Source of the DNA: an uncultured Chloroflexia bacterium | Lineage (GTDB): Bacteria > Chloroflexota > Limnocylindria > Limnocylindrales > CSP1-4 | Reading direction: 5' to 3' | Assembly: GCA_963816135.1 (NCBI GenBank) | Contig: CAWFJD010000017.1 | Location: 397,064-461,063, forward strand | Length of the DNA: 64,000 nucleotides | Shown: positions 11,875 through 21,906 of the stretch, piece after piece | How positions within the stretch are numbered: the stretch's first letter is position 1 | Layout of the letters: every line of letters starts with the position of its first letter | Position numbers and translations under genes: made by a program | Notes under the pieces: model-generated | Seen by the model: only the letters and a program-made list of their open reading frames with translations | Told to the model about the DNA's origin: nothing | Databases searched by the model: none

Positions 11875-11894
11875 TTGCCCGGATATCCGGGCAA
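11875..11894. repeat. Perfect 20 nt palindrome TTGCCCGGATATCCGGGCAA in the convergent TPR/ftsY intergenic region
   Basis: Read directly from the sequence, and it equals its own reverse complement. It can form an 8 bp GC-rich hairpin with an AUAU loop in either transcript sense. Confidence 0.8.
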
Positions 11895-12104
11895 ATCACG
11901 GCGTGAAGCCCGCGGCACGCTCATAACGGCGAAGCCGTGACGGTCAACGCTGTATCCAGAGGCGCGGACGCGGAATAGGGACCGCTCCGGGTGAAACTCG
12001 CACAAACGACTCGCCTTGGCGAGGAGTCGTCGGGGACCAAACCGAGCCGTGAGCCGTGAGGCGTGGGCGCCTGGTCAACCGCCTCGCGGCTCAGGCGAGC
12101 CCGG

Positions 12105-13216
12105 CTACGCGAATAGCGCCGCCACGAAGGCGTCCGGGTCGAACGGGAGCAGGTCGCCGAGCTTCTCCCCCACCCCGACGTAGCGGACCGGGACGTGGAG
12201 AGCGTCTTCGATGGCGAAGACGATGCCGCCCTTGGCGGTCGAATCCAGCTTCGTGAGCACGATGCCGGTGAGCCCCACGGTCTCGTGGAACACCTTGGCC
12301 TGGGAGAGGCCGTTCTGGCCGGTCGTGGCGTCCAGGACGAACAGCACCTCCGGCACCGATCCGGGCAGGCGCCGATCCACGACCCGGCGCATCTTGGCCA
12401 GCTCGTCCATGAGGTTGGACTTGGTGTGCAGCCGGCCGGCCGTGTCCGCGATGACGATGTCCACGTTCCGGGCGACGGCCGCGTCGAGCGCGTCGTACAT
12501 GACCGCGGCCGGATCCGCGCCCGGGGCATGGGCCACGAACTGGCTGCCGGAGCGATCGGCCCAGATTCGGAGCTGGTCGATGGCGGCGGCCCGGAACGTG
12601 TCGGCCGCGGCAAGGAGCACGGACGAGCCTTCGGCCCGGTAGTCGTAGGCCAGCTTGCCGATCGTGGTGGTCTTGCCGGTGCCGTTGACGCCGACCATGA
12701 GCATCACCGCCGGTTGGCCCGGCGGCGCCGGCGCTGCGGCCGCCAGTTCGGCTCGGCGGGCAGCAGCCGCGACGCGAGCTCGGCGCGGACGGCGGCCTCG
12801 GCGGAGGGAGCGTCGCGGCGGGCGCGGGCTCTCTCCACGATATCCGCCGCGAGCATTCCCGCCCACGTCTCCGGAGATCAGCAGCTCCTCGACCGACTCC
12901 CAATCCTCGTCGGTGGGGCCGCTGCGCAGGATTCCCCGCAACCGCGACATGAAGCCGCCGCGGCTTCGTTCCAGGCCCGCGGCCAGATCGCCCGGGGCTT
13001 CCAACTCCAGCGGAGCCGTAGGAGCGGGCGCGGTCGGCTGGTTGTCTCCGGCAAAGCGGGAGACGGCCTCCTCAGGCGATTCGTCAGGCTGGGCGGGGGC
13101 GTCGGGGCTGGCGTCGACCGGCCATTTCCAATCGGCACCTTCGTCGTCCGCGCAGGTCGGCGTCGAAGTCGGTCTTCGGGTTTGGGTTCGTCCTTTGGTT
13201 TGCGTCGGAGGAACAG
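12105..13216 (-). pseudogene. ftsY: SRP receptor FtsY (at least 4 shifts)
   Basis: ORF 12105..13004 carries the NG domain ([19 protein letters not shown]...[13 protein letters not shown]...DTAGRLHTK...[11 protein letters not shown]). The segment [32 protein letters not shown] needs another frame (12745-12855). The acidic N-terminus ([30 protein letters not shown]) is spread over three frames. The start is tentative (CTG 13216 after GGGAGG). Confidence 0.85.
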
Positions 13217-13229
13217 GGGAAGCCTCCCG

Positions 13230-16200
13230 TCAGCCCGCAGCCGTGGCTGCCTTGTTCGTCACCTGGTCCGCCAGCTCGCGGGCCTCCTCGAGCCTGAGGC
13301 TGATCACGCGGCTGACCGCATCCTCGCCGACGGTGACTCCGTAGAGCGCGTCGGCGTTCTCGATGGTGCCGCGATTGTGCGTGATCACGATGAACTGCGT
13401 CTGGTCCGACAGGGTCCGGAGCGCGTCGGCGAACCGGTAGACGTTCGCCTCGTCCAGGGCCGCGTCCACCTCGTCGAGGACGCAGAACGGGACCGGATGG
13501 ACCTCGAGCATGGAGAACAGCAGCGCCACCGCCGTCAGGGCCCGCTCCCCGCCCGAGAGCATGCTCAGCGGCTGGGCCTTCTTGCCGGGCGGCCGGGCCA
13601 CGATCTCGATGCCGGTCGCGGACAGGTCGTCGGGCTCGGTCATGCTCAGACGGGCGAAGCCGCCGCCGAACAGCTGGCGGAAGCGCGCGTCGAAGGCGGT
13701 CTCGAGGGCGGCGAACGTCGTCCGGAACTGCGTCGCGATCATCGCGTTGAGCTGCTCGATCAGGGCCCGCGTCTTGGCGATGGCGCTGGTGAGGTCGTTG
13801 CGCTGGGCCTCGAGGCCGTCGAGCCGGAGCCTGACCGCCGCGTACTCCTCCGACGCGAACGGGTTCGGCGCGCCGAGCTCGTGGAAGCGGCGTCTCAGCG
13901 AGGCGAGCTTTGACGGTGGCGGGCGGCTCCGCGCCGGGGCTCTTGCGCCAGGTTGCCGCGGCGGCCGCGAGCAGCTGCTCCAGCTCCGAGTTCTGCGCCT
14001 CGGCCTCGGGCGTGTCGCCCGCGGCGGTTTCCGCCGTCTCTGGTACGAACCGCGGAGGCCGCCCTCACGCTCGCCAGGTCGTCGCCGATCTCGTCGACGA
14101 GGAGCTGCGTCCCGAGCTCGCCGAGACCGGCCAGCTCCACGAGAACCTGGTCCCGGATCGAGTCCAGCGCCAGACGAGCTTCGAGGGAGCCGACTTCGGC
14201 GGTCCGGGTCTGTTCCTGGGTCGAACGCAGACGCTCGCGCGCCCGGCCGGCCTGCGTCTCCGCGTCCGCAAGCCGCGACCGGGCGATGGCGGCCGCGGTC
14301 CGCAACTCCTCGAGCTCGGCCCGAAGAGCCGCCTCCCGAAGCCCGGCCGCCGCCAGCTCTTCGCCCAGGCCTTCGCGCTCGACGGCCGTGGCCTGTTCGC
14401 GCCGGGCAAGCTCGGCTGCCTGGCCGCTGGAGGCGGCGATGCGCTGCTCGTCGAGACTGGCCGAGGCCGAGGCTCTGGCTCGCCGGCTCTCAGCTTCGCG
14501 GCGGGTGGTCTCGAGCGCGGTCTCTTCCGCGGCGAGCTGGTCGCGGCGCGTTCGCAGCGCTACGACGCGCTCCTCCCACTCCTGGATCGCGGCGGCCCGG
14601 TCGTCGCGGGGTGCGGCGGCGGTTCGGGGCGCGACGGGCGCGTCGCCAGTGGCGGCGGCGGTGGCGGCTCCGGCTCCGGCCAAGGCGGCGGCCGTGGCGG
14701 CGGCCCCTGATCGCGCGGATTCCGGAGGCGCGTCTTGCTGCCGGACCGTCTCGCGGAGCCGGTCTCGATCGGTCTCGAAGCGATCCGCCTGGGTCCTGCG
14801 CCACGACGCGTCGCGCGAGGCCGCGTCCAGCTTCCGAGTGGCCTGGCGCTCGATTTCCTCCGCCGCCCGTCGTGCCGAGCCTGCCCGCCGCTCCGATTCG
14901 CGAGCGGCGTCGAGAGCGGTTCGGGCCGCGACCGCCGCACCGGCCGCCTCGAGCGGCTTCCTTACGCGCGGCCTCCATCTCCGTCTCGAGGCGGGCGACT
15001 TCCTCGGCCAGACGATCCAGCTCGGCGCGCCGCTCCAACAGCGACTCGGACCGACCCATCGCGACGACACCGAGCTGAAGTCGCCACGCTCCCATCCCGC
15101 GTGATAACGATCCAGCCCGCCGGCAGCATCGCCTGCACGGCGAGGGCCGCGGCCAGATCCGGCACCCACAGAGCTCGGGCGAGGAGACGAGTGGCGGCAC
15201 CGGCGGGATCGCTGCGAAGGGCATCGCCGAGTTGCCGCCGCCGTTGGCAACGGCCGCGGCCACCACGGCATCCGCTCCGGGCTCCGATCCCCGCTCTCGC
15301 CGTCCGTCGGCCACGGCGGCCTCGAGAACCAGGACGCCGCGCTGACCGTCGAGGGAGGCGAGCGCGTCGCGAGCCACGACATAACCCCGAACGGCCTCTC
15401 CGAGGGCCGCTTCCACCGCGACCCGGAAGCCCGCCTCGACTTCCATCCCTTCGGACAGCGGCCGGCCGCCGGCGCGCCGCGCCGCCTTCGCGATCCCGCG
15501 TGCCTCGTCCTCGGCGAGTTGCCCGCGGAGCGCTTCGAGGCGTCCGCGCAGTCCGGCGACGCGGCTGCCCGCCGCCGCGGCCCGCTCGGAAGTGGCCTGG
15601 CGCGAGCCTTCGCGGCGGTCCAGTTCCGTACGGGCGGCTTCGCGGACGACTATCGCCGCCTTCTCTTCGTCGATGGCTGCGAGCGAGCGCGGCTCGGGGC
15701 TCGACGCACGCCGCCTCCGCCTCCGCGAGCCGCCGCGCGGCTTCGTCTGCCGCCGCTCGCTCGTCGGCGGCCTGGCGTTCAGCGTCGGAGAGCCGCCGGC
15801 GAGCGGTTTCGAGCTCGGCCGCGCGAGCCGCCTCCACTCGACGGAGCGCGGCGAGGGCCTCACCCTCGGCCTTCTCCGCGGCGCGAACGGAGCTGAGTTC
15901 CTCGAGCGCTTCGGTGAGGGACCGGTCCGCCTCGGCCACGGCGGCGGCCAGGGCAAGGTCGCGCGCGGGCACCGCGGTGGCGAGCTCGCGGCGCTGCGCC
16001 TGCAGGTCCGCCTCGGCCGCCGCGAGCTCCTGCTCCAGGCGGGCGCGATCGCGCTGGGCCGCGGCCACGTCGCTGGCGGCGCGGGCGTCGCGCAACTGCA
16101 GTTCCGTGAGGGCCGCCCGCGCCGATTCGTGGGCAGCGCGCCGTTCGGCTTCGACTTCCGAGCTGGAGGCCAGGCCGCGGGCAAGGGCGGCCGCCTCTTC

Positions 16201-17007
16201 CTCGGCCTCGCGCAAGGCCGTCAGGGCCATGTCGGCCAGGCCCCGACCGGCGGCGAGTCGCTCTTCGGCCTCCGCCCGGCGTCGCGCGGTCTCGAACCAG
16301 CGGGATCTGGCGCCGGCGATGATCGCCCGGCCGTATTCGACGCCCGCGGTCTGGCGGGAGGCCTGCTGCTCGGCCTGGGCGGCCAGCCGGCGCGCCTGCG
16401 GCCGCAGCTCGGCGAGCACGTCTTCGACCCGGGCGAGGTTGGAATCCGCTTCGAGGAGCTGCTCCTCGGCCTTCTTCTTGTGGCGCTCGTGGCGCCGGAC
16501 ACCGGCCACTTCCTCGAACAGCGGCCGCCGCTCCTCGGGCCGGAGCGCCAGCGCCTGGTCCACCATGCCCTGGCCGATGAACAGGAACGCGTTGTCGGCG
16601 AGGTGGGCCGCGTCCAGCAGATCGACGAGATCCTTGAGCCTGACCCGCTGCTTGTTGAGCAGGTAGTCGTTCTCGCCGGATCGAAAGAGCCGCCGGCCGA
16701 GCTCGACCGTCTCGAAGTCGATCGGCAGCAGCCGGTCCTCGTTGCCGAAAACCAGCGTCACGTCGGCCATGCCGAGGGCGGAGCGCTTCTCCGAGCCGGC
16801 GAAGATGACGTCCTCGGACTTGCGCAGTCGAAGCGCGCGGCCTTGCTCGCCGAGCGCCCATCGCAAAGCGTCCGCGAGATTGCTCTTGCCGGCGCCGTTG
16901 GGTCCGACGACGGCGCTGATGCCGGGACCGAACTCGACGAGCGTTCGCTCCCCGAACGATTTGAAGCCCTGCAGGCGAAGTGCCAGGAGTCGTGCCGGGG
17001 CGGTCAC
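13230..17007 (-). pseudogene. smc: Chromosome segregation protein SMC (many shifts)
   Basis: The N-terminal head is in ORF 14962..17007 (LRLQGFKSFG...GPNGAGKSNLADALRWALGEQ). Coiled-coil and hinge pieces alternate between the frames of ORFs 14490..16184, 14962..17007 and 13895..15382. The C-terminal head is in ORF 13230..13742 (LSMLSGGERALTAVALLFSM...CVLDEVDAALD...FIVITHN). Confidence 0.9.
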
Positions 17008-17994
17008 GGAGTGCCTCGTGCGGCCCGTCGCCGCCGACCGCCCGCCGCGGGGCTCTTCTCGGCCGGACGCTCGAGCGCCTCCGCCGGTTCTGCCGGTTCT
17101 GGCTCCGCCGGCTCTGCCGAGACAGTCGGGAGGATGTCCAGGTCGAGCTCGATCCAGGGTTCATCGGCCCCGGAGGCGACGCTCTCCGGGAACTCGTGCG
17201 CAAAGCGCTGCATGCCGGCCCTGTTGGCCGACGGAGTGTTGACGTCGGGTTCGTCGGGCTCGAATTCGGCCAGCTCGGGCGCGCGCTTCGGTCAGATCGC
17301 CGGACTGCTCGCGAAGCGTCTCGATGGCTTTGGCCGCGGCGGCTGTCTCGGCGATCCGCCGCGAATGGCCTTCACCGACGCCGATCACTCGCCCGCCGAC
17401 TGCCACTTCCACCCTGAACACCTTGTCGTGGTCCGGGCCCACCGCGTCGACCAGGTGGTATTGCGGCCGCTCGCCGGAGAGGCGCTGGGTGAACTCCTGG
17501 AGACGGCTCTTGGGACTCTTGAGGGATCCGAGCGGACGATCGCTCGTCAGCTCCGGAGCGGCCAGAGCGGTCACGAAGGCGCTGGTCGCCTCGTACCCGA
17601 GATCCAGGTACAGAGCGCCGACCAGCGCTTCGAAGGCCGAGGCCAGGAGGCCGGGCCTTCGACGTCCGCCACGTTGGGATTCGCCTTCGCCGAGCAGCAG
17701 GTACTCACCCAGCTCGAGGCGATTGGCCAATCGAGCCAGTCCGGTCGTGCTCACGATCGAAGCCCGCCGAGCGGACAGAACGCCCTCGTCGTCGTCAGGA
17801 TGGCGACGATAGAGGGCGTCCGAAATGGCCAGGCTTACGACGGAGTCGCCCAGGAATTCGAGGCGCTCGTTGTGGCCGGCGGCCAGGTCCCGATGCTCGT
17901 GCAGATAGCTGCTGTGGATCAGCGCCTGCTGCAGCAGATCGAAATCACGGACCGGGAGCCCCAGCCGCTCGGCGAGAGCGGCTGCGGGGCGCAT
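17004..17994 (-). pseudogene. rnc: Ribonuclease III, apparently with an acidic C-terminal extension reached by a shift near 17275-17295
   Basis: ORF 17161..17994 contains NERLEFLGDSV...SAFEALVGALYLD plus a dsRBD (KSRLQEFTQ...GEGHSRRIAETAAAAKAIE). After ...TLREQSGDL its frame becomes Arg-rich nonsense. The frame of ORF 17004..17213 is open from that point (PELAEFEPDEPD...DEPWIELDLDIL...) and ends in a GTGA overlap with the smc start. Confidence 0.8.
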
Positions 17995-18009
17995 CAGTCG
18001 AGTCGCAGG

Positions 18010-18246
18010 TTAGGCCGCGTGCTCGTCGATGTAGTCGGCGGCGTCCTGGACCGTGCGGATCTTCTCGGCGTCTTCGTCGGAGATCTCGGTGCCGAACTCT
18101 TCCTCGAGGCTCATGATCAGCTCGACGAGGTCCAGCAAATCGGCGTTCAGGTCGTCGACGAACGAGGCCTCCGGCTTGACCTCTTCTTCATCGACACCGA
18201 GCTGCTCGACGACGATCTTCTTGAGTCGCTCGTAGGTAGTGGCCAC
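18010..18246 (-). CDS. acpP: Acyl carrier protein (canonical DSL serine reads Leu)
   Basis: The 78 aa ORF aligns along its full length with E. coli ACP (..[47 protein letters not shown]..). Codon 37 (18138..18136) is TTG where the phosphopantetheine-bearing Ser is expected. Confidence 0.85.
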   Translation of the reverse strand: MATTYERLKKIVVEQLGVDEEEVKPEASFVDDLNADLLDLVELIMSLEEEFGTEISDEDAEKIRTVQDAADYIDEHAA

Positions 18247-18287
18247 TGACGCCCTCCTGGGGAACCTTCTTCGGCTAGCGTTGACGG

Positions 18288-18845
18288 TTACTGCGGCCCC
18301 GGCTCCGGGGCGCGGCGCGCACCGGCTTCGGAGTCGCGAGCAATCTTCCCGAGTACTCCGTTGACGAGTCTACGGGCCGGCTCGCCGCTGTAAGTGCGTG
18401 CCAACTCGACCCACTCGGCTATCGCCACCCGGGACGGCGTGCCGGAGTGTAGCACCTCGCCGATGCCGCTACGCAGCAGAGTCCGGTCCATCCGGGCGAG
18501 CTGGACGACCGGATACTGGGGCGCGGTGCGCGTTATGAGGGCGTCGATACTCTCGCGCTCCGCCACGACGAGCCCGACCAGCTCGCGTCCGAAAGCGGCG
18601 GTCGCCTCGTCTGCCGCGGACTCCGCGAGATGCCGCTCCAGGATCGACTCCGCCGTCCTCTGGCCGAATTCGGCCTCGAACAGGGCCGCGAGGACCAGCC
18701 GGCGTCCGAGCCGGTGAGAGTTGACTTCGTCGCTGGAGCCGTGTTCGCCCTTGGACGATTTCGGTCCGCCACGAAATGACCCGCCCTGGGACGCCTTTGC
18801 CTGCGGCGTTTCGTCCGGGCCCGCCTCGCCGGCGCCGTTCGTCAC
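18288..18845 (-). CDS. nusB: Transcription antitermination factor NusB (with an N-terminal extension)
   Basis: Intact 185 aa [16 protein letters not shown]...[17 protein letters not shown]...[32 protein letters not shown] is NusB-like. Confidence 0.8.
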   Translation of the reverse strand: MTNGAGEAGPDETPQAKASQGGSFRGGPKSSKGEHGSSDEVNSHRLGRRLVLAALFEAEFGQRTAESILERHLAESAADEATAAFGRELVGLVVAERESIDALITRTAPQYPVVQLARMDRTLLRSGIGEVLHSGTPSRVAIAEWVELARTYSGEPARRLVNGVLGKIARDSEAGARRAPEPGPQ

Positions 18846-19231
18846 TGGCCGTGGCTCCCCACGCCGTCGATTACGACCGTGACTTCGCCGAGCTCGAGAC
18901 CCAGGAGACGCTCCACCGTGGCCGCGATTGCCTGGCGGACCTGGCCCGCGAGCGGACGGAGAGCCTGGCCGGGCCTGGCCACGAGCCAGACGCGGACCGA
19001 GACGCGCCCGTCGCGGACGCGAGCCCGGACCGGTGAGCCGGCAAGCCAGTGCAGCGGACCGCCGCGCCCGACGTTGAGCACGCCGGGGACCTCGAGAGCG
19101 GCCAGGCGAACCATCTCGACGATGACGTTGTGGCTGACGGTCAGAGGACCCGGCCGGCGGCCCTTCGGCTGCTCCGGCGATGCCGGGCGCTCGCCGTTGG
19201 AGCCGCTCGGGCCGTTCTCCAGATCGCTCAT
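18842..19231 (-). CDS. Asp23/Gls24 (DUF322) family protein
   Basis: ATG 19231 overlaps the plsX stop (ATGA). VSHNVIVEMVRLAALEVPGVL...VRVWLVARPG...QVRQAIAATVERLLGLELGEVTVVIDGV is typical of the family. Its stop overlaps the nusB start. Confidence 0.75.
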   Translation of the reverse strand: MSDLENGPSGSNGERPASPEQPKGRRPGPLTVSHNVIVEMVRLAALEVPGVLNVGRGGPLHWLAGSPVRARVRDGRVSVRVWLVARPGQALRPLAGQVRQAIAATVERLLGLELGEVTVVIDGVGSHGQ

Positions 19232-20286
19232 AGCTCGGCCTTCTTCAAGCTGGCGCGACTCTCGCCGCGGAACATCTCCGCGATCGCCTCGGGGATGCGG
19301 GCACGGGCAGAGGCTGCTCCCGCTTCCACCGCGAACTCGATCATGCGCCGTTTCGCCGAGCCGTGCGTGATCAGGACCATGCCCTTGACGCCAAGCAGCG
19401 GCGAGGCGCCGAGCTTCTCGTAATCGAACGTCTGGCGGATGCGACTCACCCCGGGCCGCATCAGCAGATAGGCGAGCTTGCCCCTCGGCCCGCGCCGGAA
19501 CTCCTTCTCCCACAGGCCAAAGATGAACTGGGCGAGACCCTCGAAGAACTTCATCGTGACGTTGCCCACGACGGCGTCGCATACGGCCACGTCCGCCATG
19601 TGCTTCACCAGGTCGCGCCCCTCGACGTTGCCGACGAAGTTGAGCCTGCCGTCCGCGTCGAGCAATTCCGTGGCCTGCTGGATCGCCGCGTCGCCCTTGC
19701 CCTTCTCCTCGCCGATGGAGAGCAGGGCGACACGGGGCCGCACCACTCCCAGGACGTGCTCGGCGTACAGGGCGCCCATGCGGGCGAACTGGTAGAGGTT
19801 CTGGCCGCTCGAGTCCATGTTGGCGCCGATGTCGAGGAGCACGAACGGCCCGCTTTCGGTGAGCATCTGGATCGCCAGCGCCGGCCGATCGACACCCTGC
19901 AGGCGGCCGAGTCGGAGGACGGCGGCGGCCATGCCGGCACCGCTGTGACCGGCGGTGACCAGAGCGTCGGCGCGGCCATGCTTGACGAGGTCCATGGCAA
20001 CGAGGATCGAGGAATCCTTCTTGGCCTTGAGCGCCAGGGCCGGAGATTCGTCCATCTCGACGACCTGGCTGGCCGGGACGATCTCGACGTTCGGCGGGAT
20101 GGGGCCGTCGGCGCACTCCCGGATCCGTTCGGGGATGCCGACGAGCAGCACCGTATCCGCCGGGTGCTTCCGGGCCCAGGCCAGGGTGCCAGTTACTACT
20201 TCGAGTGGCGCGTGATCGCCACCCATGGCGTCGACCGCGACTCGGACCGCCCCGCTATCGACCGTGCGAACCGTAGAAAGGTCCAC
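19228..20286 (-). CDS. plsX: Phosphate acyltransferase PlsX
   Basis: Intact 352 aa ORF reading VAVDAMGGDHAP...ALVTAGHSGAGMAAA...LLDIGAN...LLSIGEEKGKG...NVEG. Confidence 0.9.
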   Translation of the reverse strand: MDLSTVRTVDSGAVRVAVDAMGGDHAPLEVVTGTLAWARKHPADTVLLVGIPERIRECADGPIPPNVEIVPASQVVEMDESPALALKAKKDSSILVAMDLVKHGRADALVTAGHSGAGMAAAVLRLGRLQGVDRPALAIQMLTESGPFVLLDIGANMDSSGQNLYQFARMGALYAEHVLGVVRPRVALLSIGEEKGKGDAAIQQATELLDADGRLNFVGNVEGRDLVKHMADVAVCDAVVGNVTMKFFEGLAQFIFGLWEKEFRRGPRGKLAYLLMRPGVSRIRQTFDYEKLGASPLLGVKGMVLITHGSAKRRMIEFAVEAGAASARARIPEAIAEMFRGESRASLKKAEL

Positions 20287-20295
20287 GCCACAAGC

Positions 20296-20496
20296 CTAGG
20301 GCGTCTGCTGCGGCTTTTCCTGCTTGAGCTCGATCGTCGGCCGGCCCGCGTAGAAACCACAGTTGGGGCAGACGTGATGTGACTGCTTGGGCTGGTGGCA
20401 ATGCGGGCACTCTTCGAGCTGCGGAAGGCCGATCGCGAGATGTGAGCGGCGGTCGCCCTGTCGAGCGTGCGAGACTCGCCTCTTGGGAACACCCAT
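20296..20496 (-). CDS. rpmF: 50S ribosomal protein L32
   Basis: Intact 66 aa ORF reading MGVPKRRVSHARQGDRRSH...CPHCHQPKQSHHVCPNCGFY. Confidence 0.9.
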   Translation of the reverse strand: MGVPKRRVSHARQGDRRSHLAIGLPQLEECPHCHQPKQSHHVCPNCGFYAGRPTIELKQEKPQQTP

Positions 20497-20701
20497 TCCT
20501 GTGTTTTCTCCTTTCGCCTCGGCGCGGCGTCAGTATTGCGGGGCCAGATGGCGGGGGCCGGGCAATCGCCGAGGCGCGCGATCCAGTCCGTGACGGGGTA
20601 CAGCCAAGCATACCCCGCGCATAGGGCCGACGGCGGAGTTTACCGGGTCCGGGCGCCGCTGTCACCGCCACTCGCGATGGCCGCCCACGGCAGCCCTCTC
20701 G

Positions 20702-21298
20702 TCAGTTCTGTGGATGCTCCGTGAAACCTCGGAGCGCCTCGAGGCGCGGGTCGATGTCCTCGTCCGGATGATCGTGCGGACCGGACGCCATTTCCTGGCC
20801 GCAGATGGGGCACAGTCCGGGGCAGTCGGGGCGGCAGAGCGGCGCGATCGGTTCGGCCAGCAGGATGGCGTCCCGGACCGCCCCTTCGAGCTCCAGCTCG
20901 TGGTGGTCCGTGAGTCGCAGCACATCCGGCTCGGCCGAAGTATCGAGCGGCGACCCACTGGCGAGGTCGACGACGGCCAGGGCCTCCTCGTCGATGCGGA
21001 TGTCCACTCCCCAGTCCAGATCGCGAAGGCAGCGGCTGCAACTCTGGGCGATCGAGGTGTGCATTCGGGCGTGGATGAACAGCCCGCGGTTGGTCCGGGT
21101 CAGCTTCAGCCGCCCCGCGATCGCGCTCGTGAGCTTCAGCGGTTCCCCGAGCTCGTCCTCGAGTTCCGGGTCCGGCTCCCAGGCCATGTCCAGCGGCGGA
21201 GAGGAGACCTCGATCTCGCGAATGGTGCCGGCGGGTTCGGACAGCAGACCGGCGACGTTGAACGTCAGGGCTTCAGCCGCCGACTGGCTGTTCGGCAT
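20702..21298 (-). CDS. YceD/DUF177 family protein
   Basis: Begins at ATG 21298 and contains ...CSRCL...LAEPIAPLCRPDCPGLCPICG. It holds the conserved position upstream of rpmF. Confidence 0.75.
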   Translation of the reverse strand: MPNSQSAAEALTFNVAGLLSEPAGTIREIEVSSPPLDMAWEPDPELEDELGEPLKLTSAIAGRLKLTRTNRGLFIHARMHTSIAQSCSRCLRDLDWGVDIRIDEEALAVVDLASGSPLDTSAEPDVLRLTDHHELELEGAVRDAILLAEPIAPLCRPDCPGLCPICGQEMASGPHDHPDEDIDPRLEALRGFTEHPQN

Positions 21299-21860
21299 CT
21301 GTTTCTTCGTATTCGTCCGAGTCCGTCTCTTCATCCTGGGTTTCGTCGGCTTCTTCCGGAGCTTCCGGGGCCATCGCGGCGGTGGCGGCCTCGGCAGCGG
21401 CAGCCTCCGCGGCGGATCGCCTATCGTCGAGCAGCTCCAGGCCACCCTTGATCGTCTTGAGGGTCCGCATGACCTCACGCTCGAGGCCCACGAGGACCTC
21501 GGTCGCGTAGTCGTCCGCGCCCCGCCGGACTTCGTCCGCCTCGGCCTGGGCCTGGCGGATGATCTCGCGGCTGACCTCGTCGGCCTGGCGAGTCAGCTCG
21601 CGCTCTTCGATCAGGTACGTAGCCTGCTCCTGGGCATGAGCCAGGATGTGCTCGGCTTCCTCACGGGCCTGCTCGAGGAGCCGGTCCACTTCGCTGTTGA
21701 CGCGGCGGGCCGACTTGATCTCCTCGGGAATGGTGACGCGAAGCTGGTCTATCCACTCCAGCGCGGAGGCCTGATCGACTATTACGTTGTTGGTCAGGGG
21801 AAGGTGCCTGCCGTTCGCGACGAGCGATTCCAGTCGCTCGATCAGGACGATGATGTCTAT
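21273..21860 (-). CDS. Coiled-coil protein of unknown function (start unresolved)
   Basis: The ORF finder starts at 21689 (GTG). The frame stays open and protein-like upstream (IDIIVLIERLESLVANGRHLPLTNNVIVDQASALEWIDQLRVTIPEEIKSARRVNSE). AGGAGG at 21875..21870 lies 9 nt before an ATA codon at 21860. The C-terminus is a charged heptad-like helix plus an acidic tail. Confidence 0.45.
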   Translation of the reverse strand: MDIIVLIERLESLVANGRHLPLTNNVIVDQASALEWIDQLRVTIPEEIKSARRVNSEVDRLLEQAREEAEHILAHAQEQATYLIEERELTRQADEVSREIIRQAQAEADEVRRGADDYATEVLVGLEREVMRTLKTIKGGLELLDDRRSAAEAAAAEAATAAMAPEAPEEADETQDEETDSDEYEETDAEQPVGG

Positions 21861-21906
21861 CGAACGAGCCCTCCTTGGGCGGTCGCAGGGCTGCCGCTTG
21901 GCGCGA

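Noticed and set aside
11784-12104. SRP RNA (ffs) or another small RNA in the long gap next to ftsY/ffh
   Set aside because: I looked for the domain IV signature (GGAA tetraloop flanked by AGCA/GNAR symmetric-loop motifs) on both strands and did not find it. I also saw no RNase P or tmRNA signature strings in this or other intergenic regions.
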